Part shown: in pieces, positions 18,270-27,462 of the stretch
How the letters are laid out: each line of letters starts with the position of its first letter
Position numbering within the stretch: position 1 is the stretch's first letter
The notes under the pieces: model-generated
Told to the model about the DNA's origin: nothing
Databases searched by the model: none
Seen by the model: only the letters and a program-made list of their open reading frames with translations
NCBI GenBank assembly: GCA_947478395.1
Contig: CANJVR010000002.1
Span: forward strand, 192,001 to 256,000
Direction: 5' to 3'
From: Opitutia bacterium
GTDB lineage: Bacteria; Verrucomicrobiota; Verrucomicrobiia; Opitutales; Opitutaceae
DNA length: 64,000 nucleotides
Made by a program: the position numbers and the translations under genes

Positions 18270-19336
18270 GTCCGGGCGTGGCATTGCCGACCCGTTGCGA
18301 ACGGCTGGTGGACATCGCCGTGCGCCATGGCGGAACGGTTGATCGGCGCGGAACGGAAACCCGGGTCGACTACGCGCTGCCGACGCATGCGACGCCGGAA
18401 GTGCGGGAGTCCTTCAGCGCTTTCGCGTCGACCGTGTGCGACCCGGAGATCGTTGCGCGATTGCCGGGTGGACGCGTGGTCGGCGCTGGCATTGTCGTTT
18501 CGCCCGACGGCACGAGCATCGCGCGCGATGTGTCGTTGGATTTTGGGAAGTCCGCCTCCGATCACTGGCTGCTTGGGCGAAAGAGTCTCGGCCCGCCGGT
18601 AAACGTGGCGGGACCAGTCACGGTGATCGCTTCGACCCTGGCGTCCGGCTACGCGCACTGGCTGCACGACGAGTTGCCGCGATTGCTTCTGCTCAAGGCT
18701 TCAGAGTTGGCCCCGTGCCTAATTGCGCACGCGGGCCACGAGTTCGCTCGCACCGCACTCGCGCGGTATGGTTGGAAAGGTCGGTTGCTTGCCCCGGCTT
18801 GGCGCGCGCATTTTCAATGCGAAGAGTTGATTGTGCCGGGCCTGGTGGGACACATCGGCCGGGCGACTCCACGCACGGCACAATTACTCAGCGAGTTTGC
18901 GGCCCCGTCGCTCGCCGCGGCTTCGGCTTTCGGTGAACGCATTTATATCTCCCGTGAGGGTGCGCGGCGGCGACGCGTCCTGAATGAAGCGGCGTTGTGG
19001 GGACAACTCGAGGCCCGCGGATTTGCAAACGTGCGCTTGGAAGCACTGACGTGGTCGGAGCAGATCGCTGCTTTCCGGCATGCAAAAGTGGTGGTCGCGC
19101 CGCATGGAGCCGGCCTGGCCAACCTCGTGTTTTGCCGTCCGGGTACGCGCGTGGTGGAGTTTTTTCACCGCGCCTACGTCAACGGATGTTACTGGCAGAT
19201 CGCGGCGGTCAATGGCCTCGACTACCGTCCCGTGGTGGCGGCCGGCGAGAGTCCGCTCGCACTGCAGTCCTTCGCCAGCCGGTTCGATATCGAGGCGGAT
19301 ATCTCCCAGGTGCTCGCGATGCTGGCGGGCATGTAG
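18266..19336 (+). CDS. Glycosyltransferase family 61 (DUF563-like) protein
   Basis: YAHWLHDELPRL, RIYISR, RRVLNE, EQIAAF, VVAPHGAGLANLVF; ATGA overlap with the sulfurtransferase. Confidence 0.88.
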   Translation: MSPGVALPTRCERLVDIAVRHGGTVDRRGTETRVDYALPTHATPEVRESFSAFASTVCDPEIVARLPGGRVVGAGIVVSPDGTSIARDVSLDFGKSASDHWLLGRKSLGPPVNVAGPVTVIASTLASGYAHWLHDELPRLLLLKASELAPCLIAHAGHEFARTALARYGWKGRLLAPAWRAHFQCEELIVPGLVGHIGRATPRTAQLLSEFAAPSLAAASAFGERIYISREGARRRRVLNEAALWGQLEARGFANVRLEALTWSEQIAAFRHAKVVVAPHGAGLANLVFCRPGTRVVEFFHRAYVNGCYWQIAAVNGLDYRPVVAAGESPLALQSFASRFDIEADISQVLAMLAGM

Positions 19337-19350
19337 CGGCGTGCACCTGA

Positions 19351-19450
19351 TCGCGCGGTTTAGGTTTTCCCGTGGCCGTTCTGGGTAGCGGCAGGCGTCT
19401 CGGCCGGCCGAAACGTCGTTAGCGACTGCGCTTTGGCTTAAACCACTCGA
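19351..19450 (+). mobile_element. MITE-like element, short form (copy 3)
   Basis: TCGCGCGGTTTAG ... TTAAACCACTCGA; core GTAGCGGCAGGCGTCTCGGCCGGCCG; 100 bp. Confidence 0.75.
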
Positions 19451-19482
19451 ATGAGCACGCCTCGATCTCAACGGCTGCGCGG

Positions 19483-19725
19483 TTACACTTCAGGCGGACG
19501 CTCGGCCGGTTTGGCCACGGGCAAATGGGCGGCCTGGCGCATGAGCTCCGGCTGGCCGATGCCCAGGCTTCGGGCGAGGGCATTGATCCGCGAGCCTTCC
19601 GACTGGGAAAACGTCGTGACGCGGGCTGTGCCATCACGGTCCACCCACTTTACATGATGGAGCTTTTGACGGGACACTTTTACGAGGTCGCGCAGGAAAA
19701 CCTGATCTAGTTCGGCGAGATTCAT
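19483..19725 (-). CDS. Small hypothetical protein, possibly ribbon-helix-helix-like C-terminus
   Basis: 80 aa filling an intergenic gap; RINALARSLGIGQPELMRQA resembles the helix pair of CopG/RHH proteins. Confidence 0.65.
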   Translation of the reverse strand: MNLAELDQVFLRDLVKVSRQKLHHVKWVDRDGTARVTTFSQSEGSRINALARSLGIGQPELMRQAAHLPVAKPAERPPEV

Positions 19726-19821
19726 GCGTGCAATGGGGCGGCCCGATGGTGGTGCGTCAAGGCGGACGGATCGCGGGGGCCAGATATTGACAGCGGTTAA
19801 ACGCGCCGCACGTTCCTATTC

Positions 19822-20373
19822 ATGCGTCCACTTCAACTGATTTCCACGCTGCTTTTTCTTTCGGCCATGACCTCCGCCATCCGCGCCCAGTCCTTGTATG
19901 ATATTCCGGTCAAGGACATCGACGGCAAGGCGGGCACGCTTGCGCCGTATCGGGGCCAGGTGTTGCTCGTCGTCAATGTCGCGTCCGCGTGCGGTTACAC
20001 GCCGCAATACGAAGGGCTCCAGGCGATCTACGAGAAATTCCAGAAGGGCGGGCTCACGGTGCTCGGTTTCCCGTGCAATCAGTTCGGCGGACAGGAGTCG
20101 GGGACCAATGCCGAGATCAAGGAATTCTGCTCGGCAAAATTTCATGTGACCTTCCCGATGTTCGACAAGATTGCGGTGAACGGAGCGCAGCGGCACCCGC
20201 TTTACGCTGCGCTGGCCGGCAAGACTTCGCCGTTTCCGGGGGATATCACGTGGAATTTTAATAAATTTTTAGTCGGACGGGACGGAAAAATTTTGCAGCG
20301 ATTTGGTTCCGGCGCGAAGCCGGACTCGCCTGAGGTCATCAAGGCCATCGAGGCCGCGCTCGCGGCGAAATAA
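19822..20373 (+). CDS. Glutathione peroxidase family protein (Cys type, with signal peptide)
   Basis: NVASACGYTPQY, LGFPCNQFGGQE, ITWNFNKFLV. Confidence 0.96.
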   Translation: MRPLQLISTLLFLSAMTSAIRAQSLYDIPVKDIDGKAGTLAPYRGQVLLVVNVASACGYTPQYEGLQAIYEKFQKGGLTVLGFPCNQFGGQESGTNAEIKEFCSAKFHVTFPMFDKIAVNGAQRHPLYAALAGKTSPFPGDITWNFNKFLVGRDGKILQRFGSGAKPDSPEVIKAIEAALAAK

Positions 20374-20573
20374 ATCGCCTGAGGTCGGGGCTTACTCCGT
20401 AAGCGCAAATTGGATTATCAAATTCGGTGGCACGTTCGCCCGCGCTTCTTGGATCGTGATGTGATCCGGACGGGGCGACGCAGGATCTAGGCGAGGGAAG
20501 AAGAGGCCATCGCGCGGGTCATAGGCCCTTCTGTGATTGTCACCCGGTTCTCGACGCCGTAACGAGAAACTCC

Positions 20574-21074
20574 ATGCCGCTGTTTTCCTCGCGCGCCGCT
20601 GCTTTTTTTGCGCGGATAAAACGTGCGCTGGGTCTTGGCGGTGCGGCCGTAGACGGTGCAGCCGGTGCCGGATTGCAGGGCGAACGCCGGGCAGCGGAGT
20701 TTCTGCGCCGCGAGCGTGGTTTCGTGGTTGTGGCTCGAAACTGGAGGAATCCGAAGGACCGTCGCGAGGAAATCGACCTGATCGTGCGCGACGGCAGCGT
20801 GCTCGTTTTTGTGGAAGTGAAAACGCGGGCGGCTAACGCCCTTGTCTCCGGGTTTAACGCCGTCAATGCGCGCAAGAAAACGATCCTGCGCCGCGCGATC
20901 CGCGCCTATCTGCGTGGGCTGGAGGAAAAACCATCTACGTTTCGTTTCGATATCGTGGAGGTGGAGCTCGCGGCCCGGCCGACCGGAGCAAAGGACAGCG
21001 CCGTGGCGGGCCCGGGGTTCGAAGTTCGCCACTACGAGAACGTCGCACTCCTTCCCAAACACTTTCAGCCGTAG
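20574..21074 (+). CDS. yraN: YraN/UPF0102 family endonuclease-like protein
   Basis: GERRAAEFL, RNWR, EIDLI, LVFVEVKTR, RFDIV. Confidence 0.92.
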   Translation: MPLFSSRAAAFFARIKRALGLGGAAVDGAAGAGLQGERRAAEFLRRERGFVVVARNWRNPKDRREEIDLIVRDGSVLVFVEVKTRAANALVSGFNAVNARKKTILRRAIRAYLRGLEEKPSTFRFDIVEVELAARPTGAKDSAVAGPGFEVRHYENVALLPKHFQP

Positions 21075-21214
21075 GTTCGGCACCGCTTCCATCGATTTCA
21101 TCCGCCGCGCGCGGAGAGAAAAACGAAAATCCGTGCGCTCCTGTAATTAAGCCTTCCGAATTTTTCGGGAGTGCGGTCAACTCGGCGTTGCCCCGCCCCG
21201 TCTCCTGGTCGCCC

Positions 21215-22405
21215 ATGCCCTCATCAGCCCCTTCCTCGTCCTCCTTCGGGAAAACATTTCTGCGCATTGTTGTTGTTCTCGCAATCCTCGGCGGCGCCGG
21301 CTGGGGCGGGAAATTGATTTGGAAGCAAGTCAGCCCCGGGCTTTTCGGCACCAAGCGCACCGATAAAATTCCGACGGCCCGCGTTAAGGTCGCCAACATT
21401 TCCGAGGAAATCGTGGCCGTCGGTCGTGTGCGGGCTGTTTTCTCGACCGAACTTCGCGCCGAGGTGAACGGTCGCATCGTCAAATTGCTGGTGGCCGACG
21501 GTCAGCCGGTGACCAAGGACCAGGAAATTCTCCGGCTTGATCAAACCGACTTACTCACGCAACTGCAGGAGATCGATCGCAACATCGAGGCCTCGAGGCT
21601 CCGCGCCGAGCGCGCCCGGCACGACTTCGAGCGGCAAAAAGATTTGGGGTCGCGGGGCCTCATCGCGGCCAAGGATCTTGATGACGTCCGCATCACATAT
21701 TCCTTGGCCGAAAACGACTCGGCCATCGCCGAGGCGCGCGCCGCTAATCTGCGCGACAAACTTTCCAAGACCACGATTCGCGCGCCGCACACCGGCACGC
21801 TGTTGCTCCGTGATCTAACCGAGGGGCAGCTTATCACGAGCGCCGCCGCCCAAAATGGCGGCACGCTGCTGGGCGAGGTCGCCGATCTCTCCGCGTTGAT
21901 GGTGCGCACCAACATCAACGAAATAGACGTCGCCCGCATCAGTCTCGGCGAGGGTGCCCGCGTGCGGATCGATCCGTTGCGCAACGCCATCCTGGCTGGC
22001 TCGGTGCACCGTATCGCCACCAGCGCGACCGAGAATCAAAACGATCGTACGCGGGTGTTTCCCGTCGACGTTTATCTCGAGGGGAACGAACCGCGTCTCC
22101 GCCCCGGGATGTCGGCCACCATGACGTTCACGCTCGCCCAAGCCGAGAACACGCCCTCGCTGTCGCTCTCCGCCGTGTTTTCCACTGCTGAGGCCGTGCA
22201 CTATGTTTTTATCCGCAAGGGCGAAACCTTTGAAGCGCGCGCGGTGGAGATCGGGATTGCTGATACGCGGCGCGTCCAAGTCCTGTCCGGTCTGATCGTC
22301 AACGACGAGGTGGCGCTTAGCCGGCCGCTGGAATTTGAGGGCGAAATCCCGGCACCGCCCGCTCCGGTGATCAAACCCAAGTTGCCGCGCCGCAGCGGCT
22401 CCTGA
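21215..22405 (+). CDS. Efflux periplasmic adaptor (MacA/HlyD-like)
   Basis: N-terminal TM segment, VADGQPVTKDQ, coiled coil, TTIRAPHTG, NEIDVARI, LRPGMSA. Confidence 0.92.
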   Translation: MPSSAPSSSSFGKTFLRIVVVLAILGGAGWGGKLIWKQVSPGLFGTKRTDKIPTARVKVANISEEIVAVGRVRAVFSTELRAEVNGRIVKLLVADGQPVTKDQEILRLDQTDLLTQLQEIDRNIEASRLRAERARHDFERQKDLGSRGLIAAKDLDDVRITYSLAENDSAIAEARAANLRDKLSKTTIRAPHTGTLLLRDLTEGQLITSAAAQNGGTLLGEVADLSALMVRTNINEIDVARISLGEGARVRIDPLRNAILAGSVHRIATSATENQNDRTRVFPVDVYLEGNEPRLRPGMSATMTFTLAQAENTPSLSLSAVFSTAEAVHYVFIRKGETFEARAVEIGIADTRRVQVLSGLIVNDEVALSRPLEFEGEIPAPPAPVIKPKLPRRSGS

Positions 22406-22409
22406 TTTT

Positions 22410-23645
22410 ATGCGCCAGCTTCTCATGGGCGTCGGCAGCGGCTGGAGTGAAGTGCTCGGGCACAAACTGCGTTCGTTTCTCACGCTCTTCGGGATCGTCC
22501 TCGGCGCGGCGGCGCTCGTCGGCATGCTCGGCGTCGTCAAGGGACTGCTCCGCGGTTGGGAATCGATGATCTACGAAACCGGTGGCATCGAACGCATCAC
22601 CGTCACTTCGCGTCCCGCACCTGAGGCCCAGCGCGAAATCGCGCCGCTTTCGCCGGGGCGCACGTTGAACGACGTCGAGGCCATTCTTGCCGCCGTCCCG
22701 CTGGCCCAGCGCGTCACCGCCGAGGTGCGCATCCCCAACGGCGGCCGCCTCGCTTTCCAGGGCCGCGCGAGCTGGCAGGATGTGCGCGGCGTGCTGCCGG
22801 CGACTTTCGCGATGGACCGTTTCGAAGCCGGCCAGGGCCGGCTGATCGGCGAACTCGACCTCGAACTGCAAACGCAGGTGTGCGTGTTGGGCATCGCCAT
22901 CGCTGAGCAAATTTTCCCGCGCGGCATCGATCCGCTGGGCCGGACGATCACGATCAATGGCCAGCCGTTCGCCGTCGTCGGAATTTTACCGGAATACAAT
23001 TTCGGGGTCGGGGGCGGCAGTCGCCTCAACCAGAAGAACATGTCGGTGTTCATCCCGCTCACGACGCTGCAGACGCTTTTCCGCACCGATGAAAACGTCG
23101 ACATTCTCAATGTCCAACTGGCCGATGTCACCGACATGCCGGCGGCGCTCGAACAAATCTCGAACGTCCTCACGCGCACCCATCGCGGCGTCCAGGACGT
23201 GCGGCTCGAAACGCGCGAGGACCTGCTCAAGCGCTTTGAGGAAACGCGCAACAGTTACGTCTATTCGCTCGGTGGCGTCGCAATCATCGGGCTGATCGTC
23301 GGCGGCATCGGGATCATGAACGTCATGCTCGCCTCGATCAGCGAACGCGTCCGCGAAATCGGTGTGCGCCGGGCGCTGGGCGCCAAGCGGGTGGACATCC
23401 TCGTGCAGATTCTGGCGGAGTCGCTGACGCTCGCAGTGGCCGGCGGGATTTTGGGCATGTTCGCGAGCATTGGTCTGATAAAAATATTGCAGCAGGTGGT
23501 GGTGGATGCGAACCGGCCGGAGTTATCGCCCGCGGCTCTTTTTATTGGCGTGCTGTTCAGTGGTGTGGTCGGCGTGGTCGCGGGCCTTTATCCCGCGATC
23601 CGCGCGTCGCGCCTAAGCCCGGTGGAAGCGTTGCGCACGGATTGA
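22410..23645 (+). CDS. ABC transporter permease (MacB/FtsX-like, no ATPase domain)
   Basis: KLRSFLTLFGI, VGGIGIMNVML, ERVREIGVRRALGA, YPAIRASRLSPVEALR. Confidence 0.94.
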   Translation: MRQLLMGVGSGWSEVLGHKLRSFLTLFGIVLGAAALVGMLGVVKGLLRGWESMIYETGGIERITVTSRPAPEAQREIAPLSPGRTLNDVEAILAAVPLAQRVTAEVRIPNGGRLAFQGRASWQDVRGVLPATFAMDRFEAGQGRLIGELDLELQTQVCVLGIAIAEQIFPRGIDPLGRTITINGQPFAVVGILPEYNFGVGGGSRLNQKNMSVFIPLTTLQTLFRTDENVDILNVQLADVTDMPAALEQISNVLTRTHRGVQDVRLETREDLLKRFEETRNSYVYSLGGVAIIGLIVGGIGIMNVMLASISERVREIGVRRALGAKRVDILVQILAESLTLAVAGGILGMFASIGLIKILQQVVVDANRPELSPAALFIGVLFSGVVGVVAGLYPAIRASRLSPVEALRTD

Positions 23646-24009
23646 GCGCTCAGATCCAGCGGGCGCGGCGGCCACCCGGTTCCAAGCGGGGAATCTCCAT
23701 GCGTCGATCCGCGCCGCTATCACTCAAGACCGAGTTCCATCGTGCCGGCTTAAGCGGAGCGACGCGGGGTGTCGGCATCGATCTGGACCAGATAGGTCTC
23801 GCGCCGCGCCGGCATTTTCTCATTTGGTTTCAGCATGTCGCATGGTGATTCCTGGACCTTTTTTCAGGCGGTGAATCGGCCGCCAACGCATTTCGCGTAT
23901 CACCTTGAGCCGATCGTTTACGGGGCGAAGCACCACGGCGGACCGCCGTCGCTGACCTTGAGTTTTTCGCTAACCCGTTCCGCCGAGTTCGATCGCAATC
24001 TTACGCAGT

Positions 24010-24819
24010 ATGTCCCGAACGCCTGACCCGACGCATGGCTTCGTTCGCAGCGTCAGCCGTTCGCTCGCCGCGTGTGAACTTTTGCATCTGGCACGGCAGA
24101 AGTTCGACCTGGCCCGCGCGCGTCAACAGCACGCGGCTTATGTGCGGGCGCTCAAAGACGCCGGCGTGCACGTCACCGTTCTCCCCGAGGAACCGGATTT
24201 GCCGGATGCCGTATTCGTCGAGGACACGGCGGTCATGCTCGACGAGCTGGCGGTGTTGGGCCGACTGGGCCTTGCAAGCCGGGCGAGGGAAGGGGAGCTC
24301 ATCGCGTCCGAAATCGAACGCGTGCGGAAACTGTTTTTCATCCAGGCACCCGCCAAGCTGGAGGGCGGCGATGTTTTGCGCGTTGGAAAAACGCTTTTCG
24401 TCGGCCGCTCAACGCGCACGAACCAGAGTGGCATCGATCAGTTGCGCGAAATCACGGCGCCGTTCGGGTACAGCGTCATCGCGGTGGGTGTCACCGGTTG
24501 CCTTCATCTCAAAACCGGCGCGACGGCTCCGGCGCCAGGACTGATCCTGGTGAATCCGGCGTGGATTGATGTCGCGGCCTTCCGTGGGCGCGAAGTCCTC
24601 TCGGTACCGGAGACGGAACCTTGGGGCGCGAACGTTTTACCGGTTAACGACCAGGTGCTGGTCGCGGCGTCCTCGCCGGGGATGGCGGAAATTCTAAAGG
24701 CGCGCGGCTTGAATGTTCGTTCCCTCGAAATCTCCGAGCTACAGAAAGCCGAGGCCGGTCTCACGTGTTTGAGTCTGCTTTATTCGGAGCGCTCGGAGCC
24801 GCCGGGGCCTCGCTGCTGA
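24010..24819 (+). CDS. Dimethylarginine dimethylaminohydrolase / amidinotransferase family
   Basis: PDAVFVEDTA, LEGGDV, GRSTRTN, LHLKT, KAEAGLTCLS. Confidence 0.92.
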   Translation: MSRTPDPTHGFVRSVSRSLAACELLHLARQKFDLARARQQHAAYVRALKDAGVHVTVLPEEPDLPDAVFVEDTAVMLDELAVLGRLGLASRAREGELIASEIERVRKLFFIQAPAKLEGGDVLRVGKTLFVGRSTRTNQSGIDQLREITAPFGYSVIAVGVTGCLHLKTGATAPAPGLILVNPAWIDVAAFRGREVLSVPETEPWGANVLPVNDQVLVAASSPGMAEILKARGLNVRSLEISELQKAEAGLTCLSLLYSERSEPPGPRC

Positions 24820-24942
24820 CGTTTGGTATAAGACGGACGTCAGCGAAAAATTTCTCCAATTTCCGGCCCAAAAAAGGACCGAATCGTTGACATCGAACAC
24901 GTCATGGCCACCCCTTTGAGAGCCCATGCGTGCTCCCCTTCC

Positions 24943-27462
24943 ATGAGTTTTCCCCATCCGCTCACCTCTTTTTTTCGGCTCTGCGTCGGCACCGGTGTTT
25001 TCGGTTTCGCGGTGATGGGGGCGATGGCAGCGGATCGTACCGGCCCGAAGCAGGCGCCCGCTCTCGCGCCGCAAGAGGAAGCGGCGTTGCTCCAATTTAA
25101 AAAAGTGGTGGCACCGGTGCTTGAAGAGCATTGCTACGAGTGTCACGGCGACGGGGCGAAGAAAGGCGGACTGGCGTTGGACGAGCTGAACACGCCGCAG
25201 CAGATTCTGCATAATCCTGAGGTCTGGTTGAAGGTGCTGCGGAATACGCGATCCCACATCATGCCACCGCCGGACAGCGAGCCACCCACGAGTGCGCAGC
25301 AGCTGGCGCTGGAGGATTGGATCAAGACCGGAGCGTTTGGACTCGATCCAACTCAATCTGACCCAGGCCGGGTGACGGTACGCCGGCTGAATCGGACGGA
25401 GTATCGCAACACGATCCGAGATTTGACCGGCGTGGATTTTGACACGGAGCACGGACTCGCGGCCGACGACATCGGCTACGGTTTCGACAACATTGGCGAC
25501 GTGCTGACGCTTTCGCCGATGCGCATGGAGAAACTGCTCTCGGCGGCTCAGGCGGTCGTGAAGCAGGGCGTGCCCGCAGACGCCACCGCGATCACCGAGC
25601 AGATGATCCTCGGCAAGCAGTTCCTGAGTGACGACGGCACGAAGAACGGCGACCCGATGTCGTTCTATCAGGATCGGGTCGTCGCTCATACGTTCAAAAT
25701 AGAGATCGCGGGCGACTATCGCGTGGTCATGGCGACGTCGGTCGACGGCACCGGTAATCCCGATCCGAAACATTGTCGCGGGATAGTATCCTGCGACGGC
25801 AAGGAATTTTACGCGCAGGAATACGTCTGGGCGGACTGTATGTTTTTTCAGAACGAGCGGGTGGTGCATCTCGAGGCCGGCGAACATAAATTTGAATTTC
25901 GCCTCGAGCAGATTGATCCGACGCTGAAGCAGCAGGGTAAGATGGATTTGAAGCTCGTCTGGATGCAGTTATTGGGACCGACGGCGCGCAAGGATTGGCC
26001 GCAGGCGCCTAACTACTCACGTTACTTTTCGCGCGATCGTGCCCCCACGGATCCAGTCCAACGCCGCACCTATGCGCGCGAGGTCATCGCCAAATTTGCG
26101 CTGAACGCGTATCGTCGCCCCGTCGAAAGTTCGGTCATTGACGGCCTGGTAAACCTGGCCGAAGGGGTCTACACGACGCCCGATACCACTTTCGAAGTGG
26201 GGATCTCGCGCGCGATCGTCGCCATTCTGGCTTCGCCCCGTTTCCTGTTTCGCTTCGAGGAGGCTGAGCCGGTGGCGGCCGGTGCGCAGGTGGCGAACAT
26301 CGATGAATTTTCGCTGGCGTCGCGGCTTTCCTATTTCCTGTGGTCTTCAACTCCGGACGATGCGCTGCTCAAGCTAGCGAGCACCGGTTCGCTGCGGAAG
26401 AATTTGGCTTCGGAAGTGAAGCGCATGCTGGCGGATCCGAAGTCGGCGGCTTTTCTCGAAAACTTTCCCGGCCAGTGGCTGCTTTCCCGCGAGGTTTCCC
26501 ATATCGCGCTCAATCGGCCGATCATTCTCGCGCGCGAAGGGATCAAGCCCGCGGCCCCGCGGCGCGGCGGCTTTGGCCAGGGCGCGGCCGCACCGACTGA
26601 TCTTACGCCTGACGAACGCCTGGCGCTCAGAGCGGAGGCGGAATCGTATTTCGGCTATGTCGTCCGGGAAAACCGTAATGTGCTCGAGTTGATCGACAGC
26701 GACTACGCGTTCCTCAATCAAACGCTGGCGACCTACTACGGGCTGCCGGCCGACACGGCCAAAGGTCCGGAGATGCGCAAAGTCCAGCTCGCGGCCGACG
26801 ATCCCCGCGGCGGCGGAGTCATCACGATGGCCAGCACGCTGGCGGTGACTTCGAATCCGACGCGCACCTCGCCTGTAAAACGCGGCAAGTGGGTGCTCGA
26901 AAATATCCTCGGGGCGCCTTCGCCACCGCCGCCGCCGGCCGTGCCGGCCCTGGAAGAAACGGAGAAAAAAATCTCCGACCGGCTGCCGTCGCAACGCGAA
27001 CTACTGGCCCTTCACCGCGCCGATCCGCTCTGCGCTTCGTGTCACAATCGCATGGATCCCCTCGGTCTCGCCCTCGAGAATTTCAATGCACTGGGTCTTT
27101 ACCGCACCAAGGAGCTCGACCAGCCGGTTGATTCCGCCGGGACGTTGTTCACCGGCGAGGCGTTTAAAAACGTCCGGGATCTAAAGCACATCCTGGCGAC
27201 CAAACATCAGGCTGAGTTCTATCGCACGCTCACAGAGAAGCTCATGATCTACGCACTCGGTCGCGGTACGGAATATTACGACGTGCCTACGGTGGACAAA
27301 ATTGTCGAGCGCCTGCACCGTAACGGCGGGCAGTTTGGCGAGCTTTTGATGGGCGTCATCGAGTCGGCCCCTTTCCAACAACGCCGCATTGCTGAGTCAC
27401 CCTCTCCGTCGGATCGAAAATTGGTATCTATTACCGCCATCACTAATTCCTCCAATCCATGA
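24943..27462 (+). CDS. DUF1592-type (PSD/PSCyt) exported protein with two CxxCH motifs
   Basis: Signal peptide; CYECH, MPP, RRLNRTEYRNT, GFDN, AYRRP, SPRFLF, LASRLSYFLWSS, RTSPVKRGKW, CASCH, YALGR. Confidence 0.92.
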   Translation: MSFPHPLTSFFRLCVGTGVFGFAVMGAMAADRTGPKQAPALAPQEEAALLQFKKVVAPVLEEHCYECHGDGAKKGGLALDELNTPQQILHNPEVWLKVLRNTRSHIMPPPDSEPPTSAQQLALEDWIKTGAFGLDPTQSDPGRVTVRRLNRTEYRNTIRDLTGVDFDTEHGLAADDIGYGFDNIGDVLTLSPMRMEKLLSAAQAVVKQGVPADATAITEQMILGKQFLSDDGTKNGDPMSFYQDRVVAHTFKIEIAGDYRVVMATSVDGTGNPDPKHCRGIVSCDGKEFYAQEYVWADCMFFQNERVVHLEAGEHKFEFRLEQIDPTLKQQGKMDLKLVWMQLLGPTARKDWPQAPNYSRYFSRDRAPTDPVQRRTYAREVIAKFALNAYRRPVESSVIDGLVNLAEGVYTTPDTTFEVGISRAIVAILASPRFLFRFEEAEPVAAGAQVANIDEFSLASRLSYFLWSSTPDDALLKLASTGSLRKNLASEVKRMLADPKSAAFLENFPGQWLLSREVSHIALNRPIILAREGIKPAAPRRGGFGQGAAAPTDLTPDERLALRAEAESYFGYVVRENRNVLELIDSDYAFLNQTLATYYGLPADTAKGPEMRKVQLAADDPRGGGVITMASTLAVTSNPTRTSPVKRGKWVLENILGAPSPPPPPAVPALEETEKKISDRLPSQRELLALHRADPLCASCHNRMDPLGLALENFNALGLYRTKELDQPVDSAGTLFTGEAFKNVRDLKHILATKHQAEFYRTLTEKLMIYALGRGTEYYDVPTVDKIVERLHRNGGQFGELLMGVIESAPFQQRRIAESPSPSDRKLVSITAITNSSNP

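Noticed and set aside
19822..20373. Selenocysteine glutathione peroxidase
   Set aside because: The active-site codon is TGC (Cys).
23646..24009. Guanidine riboswitch upstream of the amidinotransferase gene
   Set aside because: No ykkC core and no tandem ACGR-loop hairpins found.
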